Part shown: piece by piece, positions 18,352 to 28,617 of the stretch
Layout: each line of letters begins with the position of its first letter
Numbering within the stretch: position 1 is the first letter of the stretch
Source: an uncultured Sulfolobales archaeon
Lineage (GTDB): Archaea > Thermoproteota > Thermoprotei_A > Sulfolobales > NBVN01
Length of the DNA: 64,000 bases
Assembly: GCA_938017505.1 (NCBI GenBank)
Contig: CALIKV010000031.1
Span: 2,511-66,510 of the forward strand
Direction of reading: 5' to 3'
The notes under the pieces: generated by a model
What the model was told of the DNA's origin: nothing
Database searches by the model: none
What the model saw: only the letters and a program-made list of their open reading frames with translations
Position numbers and translations under genes: made by a program

Positions 18352-19248
18352 GTGAAGATGGTGATAGAGTTAACAGCTCTAGCGGAGAATTTGATCGTGG
18401 GTCTATTAATGGGTTCTTTTTACGCTTTAATGGCTGTAGGGCTCTCGCTGATGTTCAGCGTGATGAGGATAGTTAACTTCGCTCACGGGGAGTTCTACGC
18501 GTTGGGAGGGTACATCCTCTACTACCTCACAACCCTCTTCGGTCTGAACAACTTCCTTGCATTGCCGTTGGTGATGGCGGGGATGTTCGCCATAGGCCTT
18601 ACCGTGGAGAGGCTTCTCTTGAGACCGCTCTTAGTCGAGGCCTTAGGTGGTGAGTACGCTATAATAACGACTTTCGGGATCTCGTTATTCATAGTGAACT
18701 TCGCCATAGCTTTCTTCGGCCCGGAGTACAAAACACCCCCCTCCTTCGTTCCGATCTTCAGAATCTCATTAGGTACCCTGTACGTGAGTGGGGATAGAGT
18801 GCTTGTCTCGCTCATCGCAGCGGGCATATTACTGGCCACGTGTTTAATAATATATAAAACCAGGATAGGCCTCGCGATGAGGGCCACGGCTCAGAACAGG
18901 GATGGAGCCATGCTATGTGGTATAGAAGTCTTTAAGACTAACATGACTGCCACAGGCCTTGCTGCCATGCTTGCCGGGGCCGCTGGCGCTCTATTATCGC
19001 CTATAATGCTCTTATTCCCTGAAGCCGGGAGCATACCGGCCACTAAGAGTTACGTTGTAATCGCGCTTGGAGGCATGGGTTCGCTTCCCGGTGCCATAAT
19101 CGGCAGCATTGTCTTAGGCGTCGTCGAGAGCTTAGGTACTGTGTTGCTGTCCGCGGCTTACAGAGATGCCTACAGCTTCCTCGTATTGATAACGGTGTTG
19201 TTGCTGAGACCTCAAGGAATATTCGGCGTTAAAGTGAGAGAGGTGTAG
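18352..19248 (+). CDS. livH: ABC permease LivH-type
   Basis: GLSL..VNFAHGEF, GLAMRA, LGGMGS, RPQGIFG. Confidence 0.9.
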   Translation: MKMVIELTALAENLIVGLLMGSFYALMAVGLSLMFSVMRIVNFAHGEFYALGGYILYYLTTLFGLNNFLALPLVMAGMFAIGLTVERLLLRPLLVEALGGEYAIITTFGISLFIVNFAIAFFGPEYKTPPSFVPIFRISLGTLYVSGDRVLVSLIAAGILLATCLIIYKTRIGLAMRATAQNRDGAMLCGIEVFKTNMTATGLAAMLAGAAGALLSPIMLLFPEAGSIPATKSYVVIALGGMGSLPGAIIGSIVLGVVESLGTVLLSAAYRDAYSFLVLITVLLLRPQGIFGVKVREV

Positions 19249-19251
19249 GGG

Positions 19252-20205
19252 TTGGACATCGACGTACGGGCTTTATTGAGCAGGAGGATCAACATAGCGA
19301 TCATCGCGGGCGCTGTGTTGCTGTTATTGCTCCCGTTAATCCTGAGGCATGAGTACTGGATTTACGTATTCACCATAGGGTACTACTACGCCATACTAGC
19401 GTTGACTTGGAACATCATGGCGGGATACCTACGCAGGGTTTCCTTCGCGCATATGGCGCTTGCAGCTATAGGGGCTTACACGTCAACCCTGACCATCATA
19501 AACTTCAAGATCCCGCTCGTCTTAGGCATGTTCTTAGGGATGGTTGTGGGGGCTTTATCCAGCCTCTTCATAGGGTACTTGAGCCTTAGGTTGAGGGGGG
19601 TCTATTTCACGTTATCCACGCTGGCGTTCGCGGAGATATTCAGAATAGTCGTCACCGTAGAGTACCAGTACACTAGAGGTAGTCTAGGCCTTGAAGCCCC
19701 GAAGCTCCTGGGTAACATTCTGACGTACGTCCCCTACTATTACGTAGCGCTCGCGTTCCTGGGGGCTGTGACTATACTGACGCACTTAATGCTTAACTCA
19801 GGGTTAGGGTTAAGGGTGAAGGCCGTTGGCGATAGTGAGGAGGCGGCGGAGGCGCTCGGTATAAACTCTGCCAGGATAAAGGTCTTCACGTTCCTCTACT
19901 CCTCGGCAATAGCCTCACTGGCGGGCGCGTTCTACGGGCATCTAATAGGGCTCGTATCGCCTGAGATCTGCGGGTTCGAGCAATTGGCGTTAGTGATAGC
20001 TATGAGCGTCGTGGGAGGTCTAGGCACTATCCCAGGACCTATCATAGGTGCGTTACTGATCGAGCTCCTGGCAGAGTACTTGAGGGGGTTCGGGATCTAC
20101 AGGTACTTAATACTGGCTGCGTTGATAATCGTGACTATAAGGTTCTTCAGGCAAGGTATATTCGGGTGGGTCAAGAAGAGGGTTTTATTGGGTGTTGGGA
20201 TGTGA
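19252..20205 (+). CDS. livM: ABC permease LivM-type
   Basis: VSFAH, LRLRGVYFTLSTLAFAE, VGGLGT. Confidence 0.9.
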   Translation: MDIDVRALLSRRINIAIIAGAVLLLLLPLILRHEYWIYVFTIGYYYAILALTWNIMAGYLRRVSFAHMALAAIGAYTSTLTIINFKIPLVLGMFLGMVVGALSSLFIGYLSLRLRGVYFTLSTLAFAEIFRIVVTVEYQYTRGSLGLEAPKLLGNILTYVPYYYVALAFLGAVTILTHLMLNSGLGLRVKAVGDSEEAAEALGINSARIKVFTFLYSSAIASLAGAFYGHLIGLVSPEICGFEQLALVIAMSVVGGLGTIPGPIIGALLIELLAEYLRGFGIYRYLILAALIIVTIRFFRQGIFGWVKKRVLLGVGM

Positions 20206-20933
20206 GCAGGGAGAAAGTCCTTGAAATACAGGATCTCTCGAAACACTTCGGAGGGGTTAAGGCAGTAGATAATTTCAGCATGGAGGTCTTTAACGGGGAG
20301 ATCGTGGGGTTGATAGGCCCTAACGGAGCTGGTAAAACCACCTTGATAAACGTGGTTACGGGGTTCCTAACCCCTGATAAAGGCCGAGTGGTCTTCCTAG
20401 GCGAGGACGTCACAGGGCTACCGCCCCATAAAATAAACTCCAGGGGCATGGCGAGAACCTTCCAATTGATAAAGCCCTTCGCCAACCTCAGGGTGTTGGA
20501 CGCCATAGCGGTTGGAGCACTGTCTAAATCAAGGGGTAAGAAGGAGGCCTACGAGAAGGCGACGGAGATAGTCAGGCTTCTAGGGCTTAAGGATCCCTAC
20601 CGGGTGTGTAGCACATTAACTATAGTCGAGGAGAAACTCGTAGAGCTTGGGAGAGCGCTCGCAACGAGACCTAAACTACTTCTAATAGACGAGCTTGCTG
20701 CAGGTCTAAGACCGCATGAGATCGTTGACATGAGGAAGATAATCACTGCCATCAGGAAAGAGTACGACATGTCCATGGTGGTCGTTGAGCACGTGATGCC
20801 TTTAGTCATGGGCATTAGCGATAGAGTGGTTGTCATGAGTTCAGGTGCTAAGATAGCTGAAGGAACGCCTGAGGAGATCGCGAAAGACCCAAAGGTGATA
20901 GCAGCTTATTTAGGTGAGAGAAGGAGGGTTTGA
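20202..20933 (+). CDS. livG: ABC ATPase LivG-type (GTG start at 20202 preferred over 20166)
   Basis: GPNGAGKTT, ARTFQ, LLIDE.AAG, VEH, VIAAYLG. Confidence 0.9.
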   Translation: MSREKVLEIQDLSKHFGGVKAVDNFSMEVFNGEIVGLIGPNGAGKTTLINVVTGFLTPDKGRVVFLGEDVTGLPPHKINSRGMARTFQLIKPFANLRVLDAIAVGALSKSRGKKEAYEKATEIVRLLGLKDPYRVCSTLTIVEEKLVELGRALATRPKLLLIDELAAGLRPHEIVDMRKIITAIRKEYDMSMVVVEHVMPLVMGISDRVVVMSSGAKIAEGTPEEIAKDPKVIAAYLGERRRV

Positions 20934-20943
20934 GGTGAGGAGG

Positions 20944-21666
20944 GTGAGCGACGGGGATCAATTCCTGACGGTTAAGGACTTGAGGGCCTCCTACGGTAAG
21001 ATACAGGTCTTATGGGATGTCTCCTTCAGAATCCAGCGCGGCGAGATAGTCGCTCTGGTAGGCTCCAACGGCGCTGGCAAAACAACAACTCTGAAAGTGA
21101 TTGCAGGGCTCCATAGACCTATGGGAGGCGAGATAGCCTTCGAAGGACGGAGGATAGACGGGTTGCGATCCCCCTCAATAGTTAAAATAGGGGTGACCCT
21201 AGTGCCTGAGGGAAGGCAGCTGTTCCCCGAAATGACGGTGTATGAGAACCTCCTCGCAGGCGCGTATCTACTGAAAGATAAGTCGGAGATAAACGAAAGA
21301 CTCAACTTCGTCTATAAAATCTTCCCAGTGCTTGAGGAGAGGCGGAGGCAGAAGGCCGGAACCCTGAGTGGAGGGGAGCAGCAGATGCTGGCTATTGGGA
21401 GGGCGTTGATGACGCGACCGAAGCTGCTGATGCTGGACGAACCCAGTCTAGGCATAATGCCTAAGTTAGTTGACGTAATACTTGACACCCTAGTGATGCT
21501 CAGGCGTGAGGGAATAACGATACTCCTGGTCGAGCAGAACGTTAAGGCTGCTCTCGAGATATCTGACAGGGGCTACGTTATAGAGAACGGCAGGATAGTC
21601 TTGGAGGGTAAAGCAAGCGACCTGATTGACAGCGAGATAGTTAAGAAGGCCTACCTCGCTCTCTAG
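20944..21666 (+). CDS. livF: ABC ATPase LivF-type (ORF open from 20914; GTG at 20944 follows GAGGTGA)
   Basis: GSNGAGKTT, VPEGRQLF, LSGGEQQM, DEPSLG, VEQN. Confidence 0.9.
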   Translation: MSDGDQFLTVKDLRASYGKIQVLWDVSFRIQRGEIVALVGSNGAGKTTTLKVIAGLHRPMGGEIAFEGRRIDGLRSPSIVKIGVTLVPEGRQLFPEMTVYENLLAGAYLLKDKSEINERLNFVYKIFPVLEERRRQKAGTLSGGEQQMLAIGRALMTRPKLLMLDEPSLGIMPKLVDVILDTLVMLRREGITILLVEQNVKAALEISDRGYVIENGRIVLEGKASDLIDSEIVKKAYLAL

Positions 21667-21673
21667 GGGAGAC

Positions 21674-22963
21674 CTACTTACCCACGTACTCTACTCCGGA
21701 CCACTCGACTATGTGAACGGCCATCACCTTAACGGCCTTTATCAAGTCCTCGACGTTAACCCACTCGTTGACGGCGTGCATCTGCGCTACAGTTCCAGGA
21801 CCGAAGCAGACTGTCGGCACGCCCATCCTCACCAGCGTCCTCATATCGCTAGCCCCCTCATGACCTTTAATAACGGGTTTCATCCCGAGGGCCGCTTCAA
21901 ACGACTTAGCTAACGACTGTGTTAGCGGGTGGTTAACGGGGATCTCAACGCCCTCACCCGCATACCCCTCCTGCCTGACCACCGGCGGGTTGTTTTTAAG
22001 CCACTCATCATCTTTGAGGTATTCATGAATGAAATCCCTTAACTCATTGATCGCAGTGCTCACGGACTCTCCCGGAAGTAAACCCATCCTCCCCTTCAAG
22101 ACTGCCTTATCGGGCACCGCGCTTGGGAAAGTCCCTGAGTTGAACACGCCTAAGAACAAAGCCAACACCCCTCTCGCATCCGGGTAAAGGGGGTGTTTCT
22201 TGCTGCTGACCCTCACCTCATACAACCTCCTAATAGCTTCACATACCTTACACCCCTTCTCAATGGCGTTAACGCCCTCCCAGATCCTCGACATCGAAGC
22301 CGTCCTTCCGGGGACCTCAACGGTGAACCACATGCTTCCTGAGACTGAGGGCTGCACCTCTAGATCGCTGGCCTCTGCGTTGACGGCCCCGTCAGCACCG
22401 TACCCCCTCAAGAGAGCTGACAACGTGCCGTTGCTCGTGTACTCCTCGTCTATGACGTAATGCATGTAGATGTTCCCCATGGGTCGGAAGCCGGAATCAA
22501 GCAGGATCTTCACCGCCATCGTATAAGCTGCTACGCCGCTCTTCATATCGGAAGCGCCTCTCCCGTAAAGACGATCATCCTCGATGAAGCCGCTGAAGGG
22601 GTCATGCCTCCACGCTTCCCTAGGACCTGGAGGGATTACATCTACGTGACCGTTGAAAGCTAGTGACTTACCGCCTCCCACCCCCTTGACTGAGCCCACC
22701 AACATAGGTCTCCCCCTATACGGGATCGCTGGAGTCTCGAAAAACGGATTCCCCCTTAGCTCTGATTCATCGACCTCCCACATATCGTATGAGATGCCCC
22801 ACTCACGAAGCTTAGAAGCTATGTAGAGTTGTAGGTCCCTCTCATTCCCGCTCACGCTAGGGAAGCTTATTAAGTCCTGCAGGAATCTCACAATGACTTC
22901 TCGTGATGAATCAACGTTCCGGAGGATCCTACCCACGACTTCCTTTCTGTTCATGAAATCCAC
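21674..22963 (-). CDS. M20 metallopeptidase, ArgE/DapE-family deacylase
   Basis: NGHVDVI, GRGASDMKSG, IDEE, MHAVNE. Confidence 0.9.
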   Translation of the reverse strand: MDFMNRKEVVGRILRNVDSSREVIVRFLQDLISFPSVSGNERDLQLYIASKLREWGISYDMWEVDESELRGNPFFETPAIPYRGRPMLVGSVKGVGGGKSLAFNGHVDVIPPGPREAWRHDPFSGFIEDDRLYGRGASDMKSGVAAYTMAVKILLDSGFRPMGNIYMHYVIDEEYTSNGTLSALLRGYGADGAVNAEASDLEVQPSVSGSMWFTVEVPGRTASMSRIWEGVNAIEKGCKVCEAIRRLYEVRVSSKKHPLYPDARGVLALFLGVFNSGTFPSAVPDKAVLKGRMGLLPGESVSTAINELRDFIHEYLKDDEWLKNNPPVVRQEGYAGEGVEIPVNHPLTQSLAKSFEAALGMKPVIKGHEGASDMRTLVRMGVPTVCFGPGTVAQMHAVNEWVNVEDLIKAVKVMAVHIVEWSGVEYVGK

Positions 22964-23058
22964 TAATTATTTGACGAACGTAGAGATTAATAAGGGATTA
23001 TCTTGATTATGAAGTGCTTGCTTTCCTCAGTTTCCCGGATTCCCTGGAAGGCGGGCTT

Positions 23059-23502
23059 TCAGATGTAATCCTTCAGAGTCCTCAGGAGTCCTAGATCCGC
23101 GAGAACCCCGGCGATGTTTGGTGCTCTCTCCACGTCCTCCCTGCCTACTTTGAAGGTCTTCTCGATCTTACTCGCTTCTGTATCCACTCTAACGAACTTC
23201 CACTCCTTGTGGGGTATTCTGACCGCTATGTAGGGTGTCCCGCCCGCCCTCGCGGCGAAATCAACGAGCTTCTTTACCTGCTCCCCCTCTACGTAGATCC
23301 CAGTTGGTTTAGCCCTTGATTTAACCTCGAAGACTGCCACCCTACCGTTCATGATCGCCACTACGTCGGGGTACTCGGCCTTCCTTATCCTGGAACCGCT
23401 TGCCGGGGCCCTCATCACAGCGAACCCGAGTCTCCACAGCATGTGGACTAACTCTCTTTCAGCTCTATAACCCCTAGACCTCCCTCCAGCTACTTCAACC
23501 AC
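23059..23502 (-). CDS. hjc: Archaeal Holliday junction resolvase
   Basis: GYRAEREL, RAPASG, PDVVA, FEVKS. Confidence 0.92.
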   Translation of the reverse strand: MVEVAGGRSRGYRAERELVHMLWRLGFAVMRAPASGSRIRKAEYPDVVAIMNGRVAVFEVKSRAKPTGIYVEGEQVKKLVDFAARAGGTPYIAVRIPHKEWKFVRVDTEASKIEKTFKVGREDVERAPNIAGVLADLGLLRTLKDYI

Positions 23503-23556
23503 CTCGAGATACTTTCAACCTCGTTTAAATATCTCGTAACGCTTAAGTAAAATGAG

Positions 23557-24351
23557 GTGCATGGCTTGATAGATTTAGGAACCATAATAGTTCTCATGGT
23601 AGTGCTCCTGATAGTGGTCCCTCTACTTAGTGCGAGTATAAAGGTAGTTAGGGAGTACGAGAGAGCTGTTCTCTTCAGGCTTGGAAGGCTTGTCGGAGCT
23701 AAGGGCCCCGGCTTAATAATAATAATACCCTTCCTGGATAGTCTGATGAGGGTTGACTTAAGGGTTGTCACAGTCGACGTTCCGAAGCAGGAGATCATAA
23801 CCAGGGATAACGTTAGCGTGAAGGTGGATGCGGTCATCTACTACAGGGCCGTGGACCCGGTGGCAGCGATAACTAGAGTGAGCAACTATCATTACTCAAT
23901 AATGATGTTGGGTCAGACGATCTTAAGGGATGTGATAGGACAGGTTGATTTAGATGACCTGCTTCAGAAAAGGGATGAACTGAACAAAAGGATTCAAGGA
24001 ATAATAGACGAGACCGCCATGTCCTGGGGCATTAAAGTCGCTTCGGTCACCTTGAAGTCCGTGGAACTTCCTGAAGAGTTAATGAGGGCTATGGCCAAGC
24101 AGGCTGAGGCAGAGAGGTGGAGGAGAGCCAGGGTCATAGAGGCTGAGGGCGAGAGACAGGCCTCAGCAGTCCTGGCCGAGGCAGCGTCAATGTACGAAAA
24201 AAGCCCGATGGCCCTCCGCCTCAGGGAGCTCCAGACATTCATGGAGATAGCTAGGGAGAAGGCTTTAATAGTCGTGACGGAGAGCGGGGCTGCAGAACTA
24301 GGCAGGACTGCCGCGATGTATAAAGCACTTAAGGGACGAGAGGAACGTTAA
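23557..24351 (+). CDS. SPFH/stomatin (slipin) family protein
   Basis: VVREYERAVLFRLGR, ITRDNVSV, AMAKQAEAER. Confidence 0.93.
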   Translation: MHGLIDLGTIIVLMVVLLIVVPLLSASIKVVREYERAVLFRLGRLVGAKGPGLIIIIPFLDSLMRVDLRVVTVDVPKQEIITRDNVSVKVDAVIYYRAVDPVAAITRVSNYHYSIMMLGQTILRDVIGQVDLDDLLQKRDELNKRIQGIIDETAMSWGIKVASVTLKSVELPEELMRAMAKQAEAERWRRARVIEAEGERQASAVLAEAASMYEKSPMALRLRELQTFMEIAREKALIVVTESGAAELGRTAAMYKALKGREER

Positions 24352-24359
24352 ACAGGGGG

Positions 24360-25727
24360 GTGCCTACGGCTAGACGAAGGCTTTTTTATGTCGCATATCT
24401 GTTCGTAATGATTCTATTTACGGCCTTGAACGCGTCGGCGCTGAGCGTTCTTGAGAACCGAGCCTCGTCAGAGGCTCAGATGGTGAGGCTCGTCACCAAG
24501 GCCGTCGTAGTTAGTATAGAGCCTCCTTGGGACGTCATAGACGACGGTGTTAAGGAGTGCTTCGTAGATGCCTTGCGTAAGGCCGAGAGCGAGGGTAAAG
24601 CGTTCATATACCTGGTCAACAGCTACGGCGGTTACCTCGACGCCGCCTACACTATAGGAGATGCGGTGAGCAGCTCAAAGACCGTGACTATAGCTTACGT
24701 GAGTGGCGGTAAAGCTTTAAGTGCGGGAACCATGATACTGCTCCCGGCCAACGTGGTGGCGTTGCATCCGTCCTCCATCATAGGGGCCATGCAACCGATA
24801 ATGGTTAACCCGGTCACCGGCGAGATTCAATTCGTTAACGAGTCGAAGATAATTAACCCGGTCATCGAGAAGGCTGTGAGCTTCGCGAGGCTTAGAGGGA
24901 GGAATGAGTCCCTAGTCAGGGAGTTCGTAGTCAGGGCTTCAACGGTGAGCGCTGAGAAAGCGGTCGCCTACGGGGTAGCGGACTTAACGGCTCAAGACCT
25001 ATCAACGGTACTTAAGGCCGTCTACGGGATGGAGTTCGACGTCTCTGGAGGTGTTGCAAGGGTTGAGATCGTTGAGTCAGGCGTCGAGGTCTACGTCTGT
25101 AGCGTGAGGTCGAGGATGATCTCGCTGCTTGAGAACTCCTCGATACTCAACGTGCTCTTAACGATAGGTATCCTGGGGACGATCTTCGCGTTGGTTAGCG
25201 GTAAGCTGACTGTGCTTCCGCTGACCCTCCTCTTCCTCTTCCTAGGTCTGGTGGGTAGCGGTGTGAACCCGAACTTGGTTTCACTACTCCTCACAGTGCT
25301 GGGGGCTGTGTTACTGGCCGTAGAGCTGTTCGTCATCCCCGGGTTCGGGATAGTTGGGATAAGTGGGATAATCCTGTTGGCCTTCGGGTTTGCTTTATTG
25401 CCCACCTACGTCCCCAGCGGCTTCATGCCCCCGGAGGAGTACATCAACGTTTTAAGGTTGTTTATAGTGAGCACTTCATTAATTCTCGGCAGTTTCTTCG
25501 GCATAGTTATGTTTAAGGTGATCAGGGTGAGGAGGAAAAAACCTTACGAGTTCCTACCGGTCGGTAAGGTCGGTAGGGCGGCCGACGACCTAGGGCCGGG
25601 TAAAACAGGCTTCATCGTGGTTGAGGGTGAGTACTGGAGAGCCTCCTCGGATGAGGAGATACCTAAAGGGAGTGAGGTGGTTGTGGTTGGCATTGAGGGT
25701 CCTATGCTTAGGGTTAAAAGGAAGTAG
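24360..25727 (+). CDS. nfeD: NfeD membrane-bound serine protease (ClpP class)
   Basis: NSYGG, ALSAG, IGAMQP, TM region with ELFVIPGFGIVG, C-terminal OB domain GEYWRA; adjacent to stomatin. Confidence 0.88.
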   Translation: MPTARRRLFYVAYLFVMILFTALNASALSVLENRASSEAQMVRLVTKAVVVSIEPPWDVIDDGVKECFVDALRKAESEGKAFIYLVNSYGGYLDAAYTIGDAVSSSKTVTIAYVSGGKALSAGTMILLPANVVALHPSSIIGAMQPIMVNPVTGEIQFVNESKIINPVIEKAVSFARLRGRNESLVREFVVRASTVSAEKAVAYGVADLTAQDLSTVLKAVYGMEFDVSGGVARVEIVESGVEVYVCSVRSRMISLLENSSILNVLLTIGILGTIFALVSGKLTVLPLTLLFLFLGLVGSGVNPNLVSLLLTVLGAVLLAVELFVIPGFGIVGISGIILLAFGFALLPTYVPSGFMPPEEYINVLRLFIVSTSLILGSFFGIVMFKVIRVRRKKPYEFLPVGKVGRAADDLGPGKTGFIVVEGEYWRASSDEEIPKGSEVVVVGIEGPMLRVKRK

Positions 25728-25763
25728 GCGCGCCGTACTTAAGCCCCGTGCGAACTACCTCCA

Positions 25764-26933
25764 GTGAGAGCGATGACTGGGGTCTCAGGGGTCGCCGACC
25801 TACCGCTTCACGGAGGACATGTGCCTCCATGGCTAGCTAGGTTAATGCTTAAGCTATCTAGAAGCATCCTGGAGGTAATGCTGACCGAGCTAGGCAGCGA
25901 GGAGGTCTTAAGGAGGTTCTCTAACCCGTTATGGTTTCAAGCGTTCAACAACGTAATAGGTATGGATTGGGATAGTAGCGGGTCAACCACAGTAACTACG
26001 GCCATGATCAAGACAGCCCTGAGCGAGATAGGCGGGGACGTCAGAGTCGCAGGGGGTAAGGGTGCGGCCTCCAGGAGGGCTCCTGAGGAGATAACGAAGT
26101 ATGGTGAGGAGGTAGGCTTGTCAACTGCAGTGACTGAGGGGTTAATCAAGGTCTCCAGGCTAGGCGCTAAGACTGATACAACACTCCTTCAAGACGGCTT
26201 CACACTCTACCATCACGTCCTGGTCTTTGACGGTAAAGGGGACTGGGCAATAATTCAGCAGGGCATGAACACGAGTCTAATGCTCGCTAGGAGGTACCAC
26301 CTGGCCTGGTTCGTGTCGAGGGATCCCACCATGGAGCCCCACGCAGGAGTCGCGTCAGACATCGTAGGGAAGCCGCTGAACCTCACCACTAGGAACTCAG
26401 TTAGGGTCAGGACGTTAGTCGTGGATCTAGCTCAGGAGAGACCGGAGTCCATAGTCAGAAACCTCCGGGTAATCAACACATACCTTAAAGGGGTTAAGAC
26501 TCTCACAGGGCTAGAACCGCCGAGAACCATCGTCAGAGACCTACCGTACTACAGACCGGTTAACGTGAACTCGAGGATGCTCAACGAATTACGCGTGGCT
26601 TACGAGCTAAGACCTAGGAACGTTGAAGAGTTGCTCCTTATCAAGGATCTAGGCGCCGAGGCGGTTAGGGCTCTGGCGCTTATCTCAGAGCTGATATACA
26701 GGGAAGCCCCACCGTTAAGGGATGTGGTGACACACAGCTTCTCACCGTTTAAGTACGCATACGCGATAGGGGGTAAGGACGGGGTGCCATACCCTGTGAA
26801 GAGGGAGGTAGCGCAGGCAGTGATAAGCGAGTTGAGCAGGCTGATCAACGAAGCTAGACTCGAGGGTAAGGAGAGACTAGCCGCGTTCAGAGCGCTGAGG
26901 AGGCTGGCTCCAGCAGATGCGGGGGAGATCTGA
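25764..26933 (+). CDS. DUF763 family protein
   Basis: ADLPLHGGHVPPWL, GMDWDSSGSTT, QQGM, GGKDGVPYPV. Confidence 0.88.
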   Translation: MRAMTGVSGVADLPLHGGHVPPWLARLMLKLSRSILEVMLTELGSEEVLRRFSNPLWFQAFNNVIGMDWDSSGSTTVTTAMIKTALSEIGGDVRVAGGKGAASRRAPEEITKYGEEVGLSTAVTEGLIKVSRLGAKTDTTLLQDGFTLYHHVLVFDGKGDWAIIQQGMNTSLMLARRYHLAWFVSRDPTMEPHAGVASDIVGKPLNLTTRNSVRVRTLVVDLAQERPESIVRNLRVINTYLKGVKTLTGLEPPRTIVRDLPYYRPVNVNSRMLNELRVAYELRPRNVEELLLIKDLGAEAVRALALISELIYREAPPLRDVVTHSFSPFKYAYAIGGKDGVPYPVKREVAQAVISELSRLINEARLEGKERLAAFRALRRLAPADAGEI

Positions 26934-27029
26934 GGAGCCAAACAAACTTGTTAACTGTTGGTGTTCAACTGACTGAACAACGTGTTACAACGCATGGAGT
27001 TATATGAAAGAGTGCAATAAACTATCACG

Positions 27030-27491
27030 GTGATGCCTGCGGTGGGAAGGAGTTATTTGATCGTAGCGGTCGTAACTGTAACACTGTTTATATCTGCGTT
27101 GACGTTTTACATGCTTTCGCTAAGTAAGGTGCAAGAGCCAGAAGGCTGGCTCTTCACGATCCAGATCCACGAAAACACTACTGAGAGATTTAAGGTCTTG
27201 GTTAGAGATCCCGCTAAAGCGAACGAATTAAGGCAGTTGATGAAGGGTGAGAGGATCGGACACATTAATGGAGAGCTCAGGAGAGGTGATGGAGGTTTTA
27301 ATAAGCCGTGGAGTTGGCACCTAGATCCCGATACAATAGAAGTCGTTGAGGTCTCGATAGAGTTATGTGATGGCACGCCTTCATTCGTGGAGAGTGAGTT
27401 AGATTACTGGCTTAACGTAGTTAAACGCTTTTGCCCATGGGGCACGAGGGTGGTTGCTGAGGAGCTGTGGACTGGTTCTTACCAGCCTTGA
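27030..27491 (+). CDS. Membrane-anchored BP74-like protein
   Basis: N-terminal TM; WSWHLDP, IELCDGTPSFVE, FCPW. Confidence 0.65.
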   Translation: MMPAVGRSYLIVAVVTVTLFISALTFYMLSLSKVQEPEGWLFTIQIHENTTERFKVLVRDPAKANELRQLMKGERIGHINGELRRGDGGFNKPWSWHLDPDTIEVVEVSIELCDGTPSFVESELDYWLNVVKRFCPWGTRVVAEELWTGSYQP

Positions 27492-27582
27492 TGCGCGATG
27501 AGAGTCCTCTCCCGCGTGTCATATTTAAGTTTTTAGGCAATTACAATTTTTATATTTTATACAGTATTATGTAAAGCGTTGG

Positions 27583-28596
27583 GTGCGGTGGTTGACAGCT
27601 GGTAGTCTAATAAAGTGTGCTTCAGGAGTTTACAGGGGCTCGCCCTTCAGGCTGACCTACGTGATGCCTGGAGTTATCGGGGGTTACGGCAGGCCTAGGC
27701 ACCTCCAGCTGACCCTGTCTGTGGATGACGTCTTAAGCGATTCGTTCCTCTCAATACTGTTGAAGGGTGAGGACCTGAAACCTAGGTCTCTCTCATGGAA
27801 GGTATCGGTAAACTCCGTTAACGTGACTAGAGAGTTTAAGCCTCAGGTAATAGTTAACCTTGAGGGAATCACTTACGCATCGCAGGTCTTTGACGTCTCT
27901 CAGATAGTAAGGGAGCCTGGCAAGTACTTAATTAGGCTCTCCACTGAGTCGTCTCACGTGGTTGAGATCCTCTCGGTCAGTTTAGTGGGGGTGACCCCCT
28001 CCGTAGACGCTGAAGTCGCGTTGAGGCAATACTCAGGCGTTTTAATCCTGTCCAGGGGTGAGAGCTACTCCTTAGAACACCCTGAGGAGGGTCTTGGGCT
28101 AGGAATTGAGGGGGTTATTGAGGTGCCCTCGAGAGGTACGGAGTTCATTATCAAATGCGGCGGTGAACACGTGCTCACACAACTCGTCGGGGTTAATGAA
28201 GTCTCGTTAAGGGAGTCTACGACAAGTTCTGAACGTTGCACTCTAGTCTATAGAGGAGGTGACGTAACGAAGCCCGTGGTCGTGAGTGATTTAATCCTAT
28301 ACAGGCCACTCACCTCAGCCCCGCAGATTCGCGTGGAAGCCTCGCTAATCAACACTAAGGAAATTCAACTCACTGTAGGGAATGAAGGAGGAGCGTCGCT
28401 GAGGAGAGGATTAGCGGTGATCCTTCGTGAAGGTAGGGTAGTGGCCAGAAGCGAGTTAAACGATTTACGCCCCGGGGATGTTAAGATGATTAGACTCCTA
28501 TCATGCGAAGACCTGAGAAGTAAGGAGGTCTACGTTAGGTTAGTGTATTGTGACGTCTGGGGCCAGAACGTCAAGACCTTCAAGTTAAGAACTTAG
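27583..28596 (+). CDS. Hypothetical beta-rich protein with CARDB-like C-terminus
   Basis: 337-aa ORF with upstream AT-rich promoter; LTVGNEG...LRPGDVK. Confidence 0.6.
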   Translation: MRWLTAGSLIKCASGVYRGSPFRLTYVMPGVIGGYGRPRHLQLTLSVDDVLSDSFLSILLKGEDLKPRSLSWKVSVNSVNVTREFKPQVIVNLEGITYASQVFDVSQIVREPGKYLIRLSTESSHVVEILSVSLVGVTPSVDAEVALRQYSGVLILSRGESYSLEHPEEGLGLGIEGVIEVPSRGTEFIIKCGGEHVLTQLVGVNEVSLRESTTSSERCTLVYRGGDVTKPVVVSDLILYRPLTSAPQIRVEASLINTKEIQLTVGNEGGASLRRGLAVILREGRVVARSELNDLRPGDVKMIRLLSCEDLRSKEVYVRLVYCDVWGQNVKTFKLRT

Positions 28597-28617
28597 TATC
28601 CCCGTCGCTTCACACCC

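Noticed and set aside
23030-23055. TTCCCTGGAA as a replication-origin ORB
   Set aside because: Spacing differs from TTCCAGTGGAA, it is a single copy, and no cdc6/orc1 gene is nearby.
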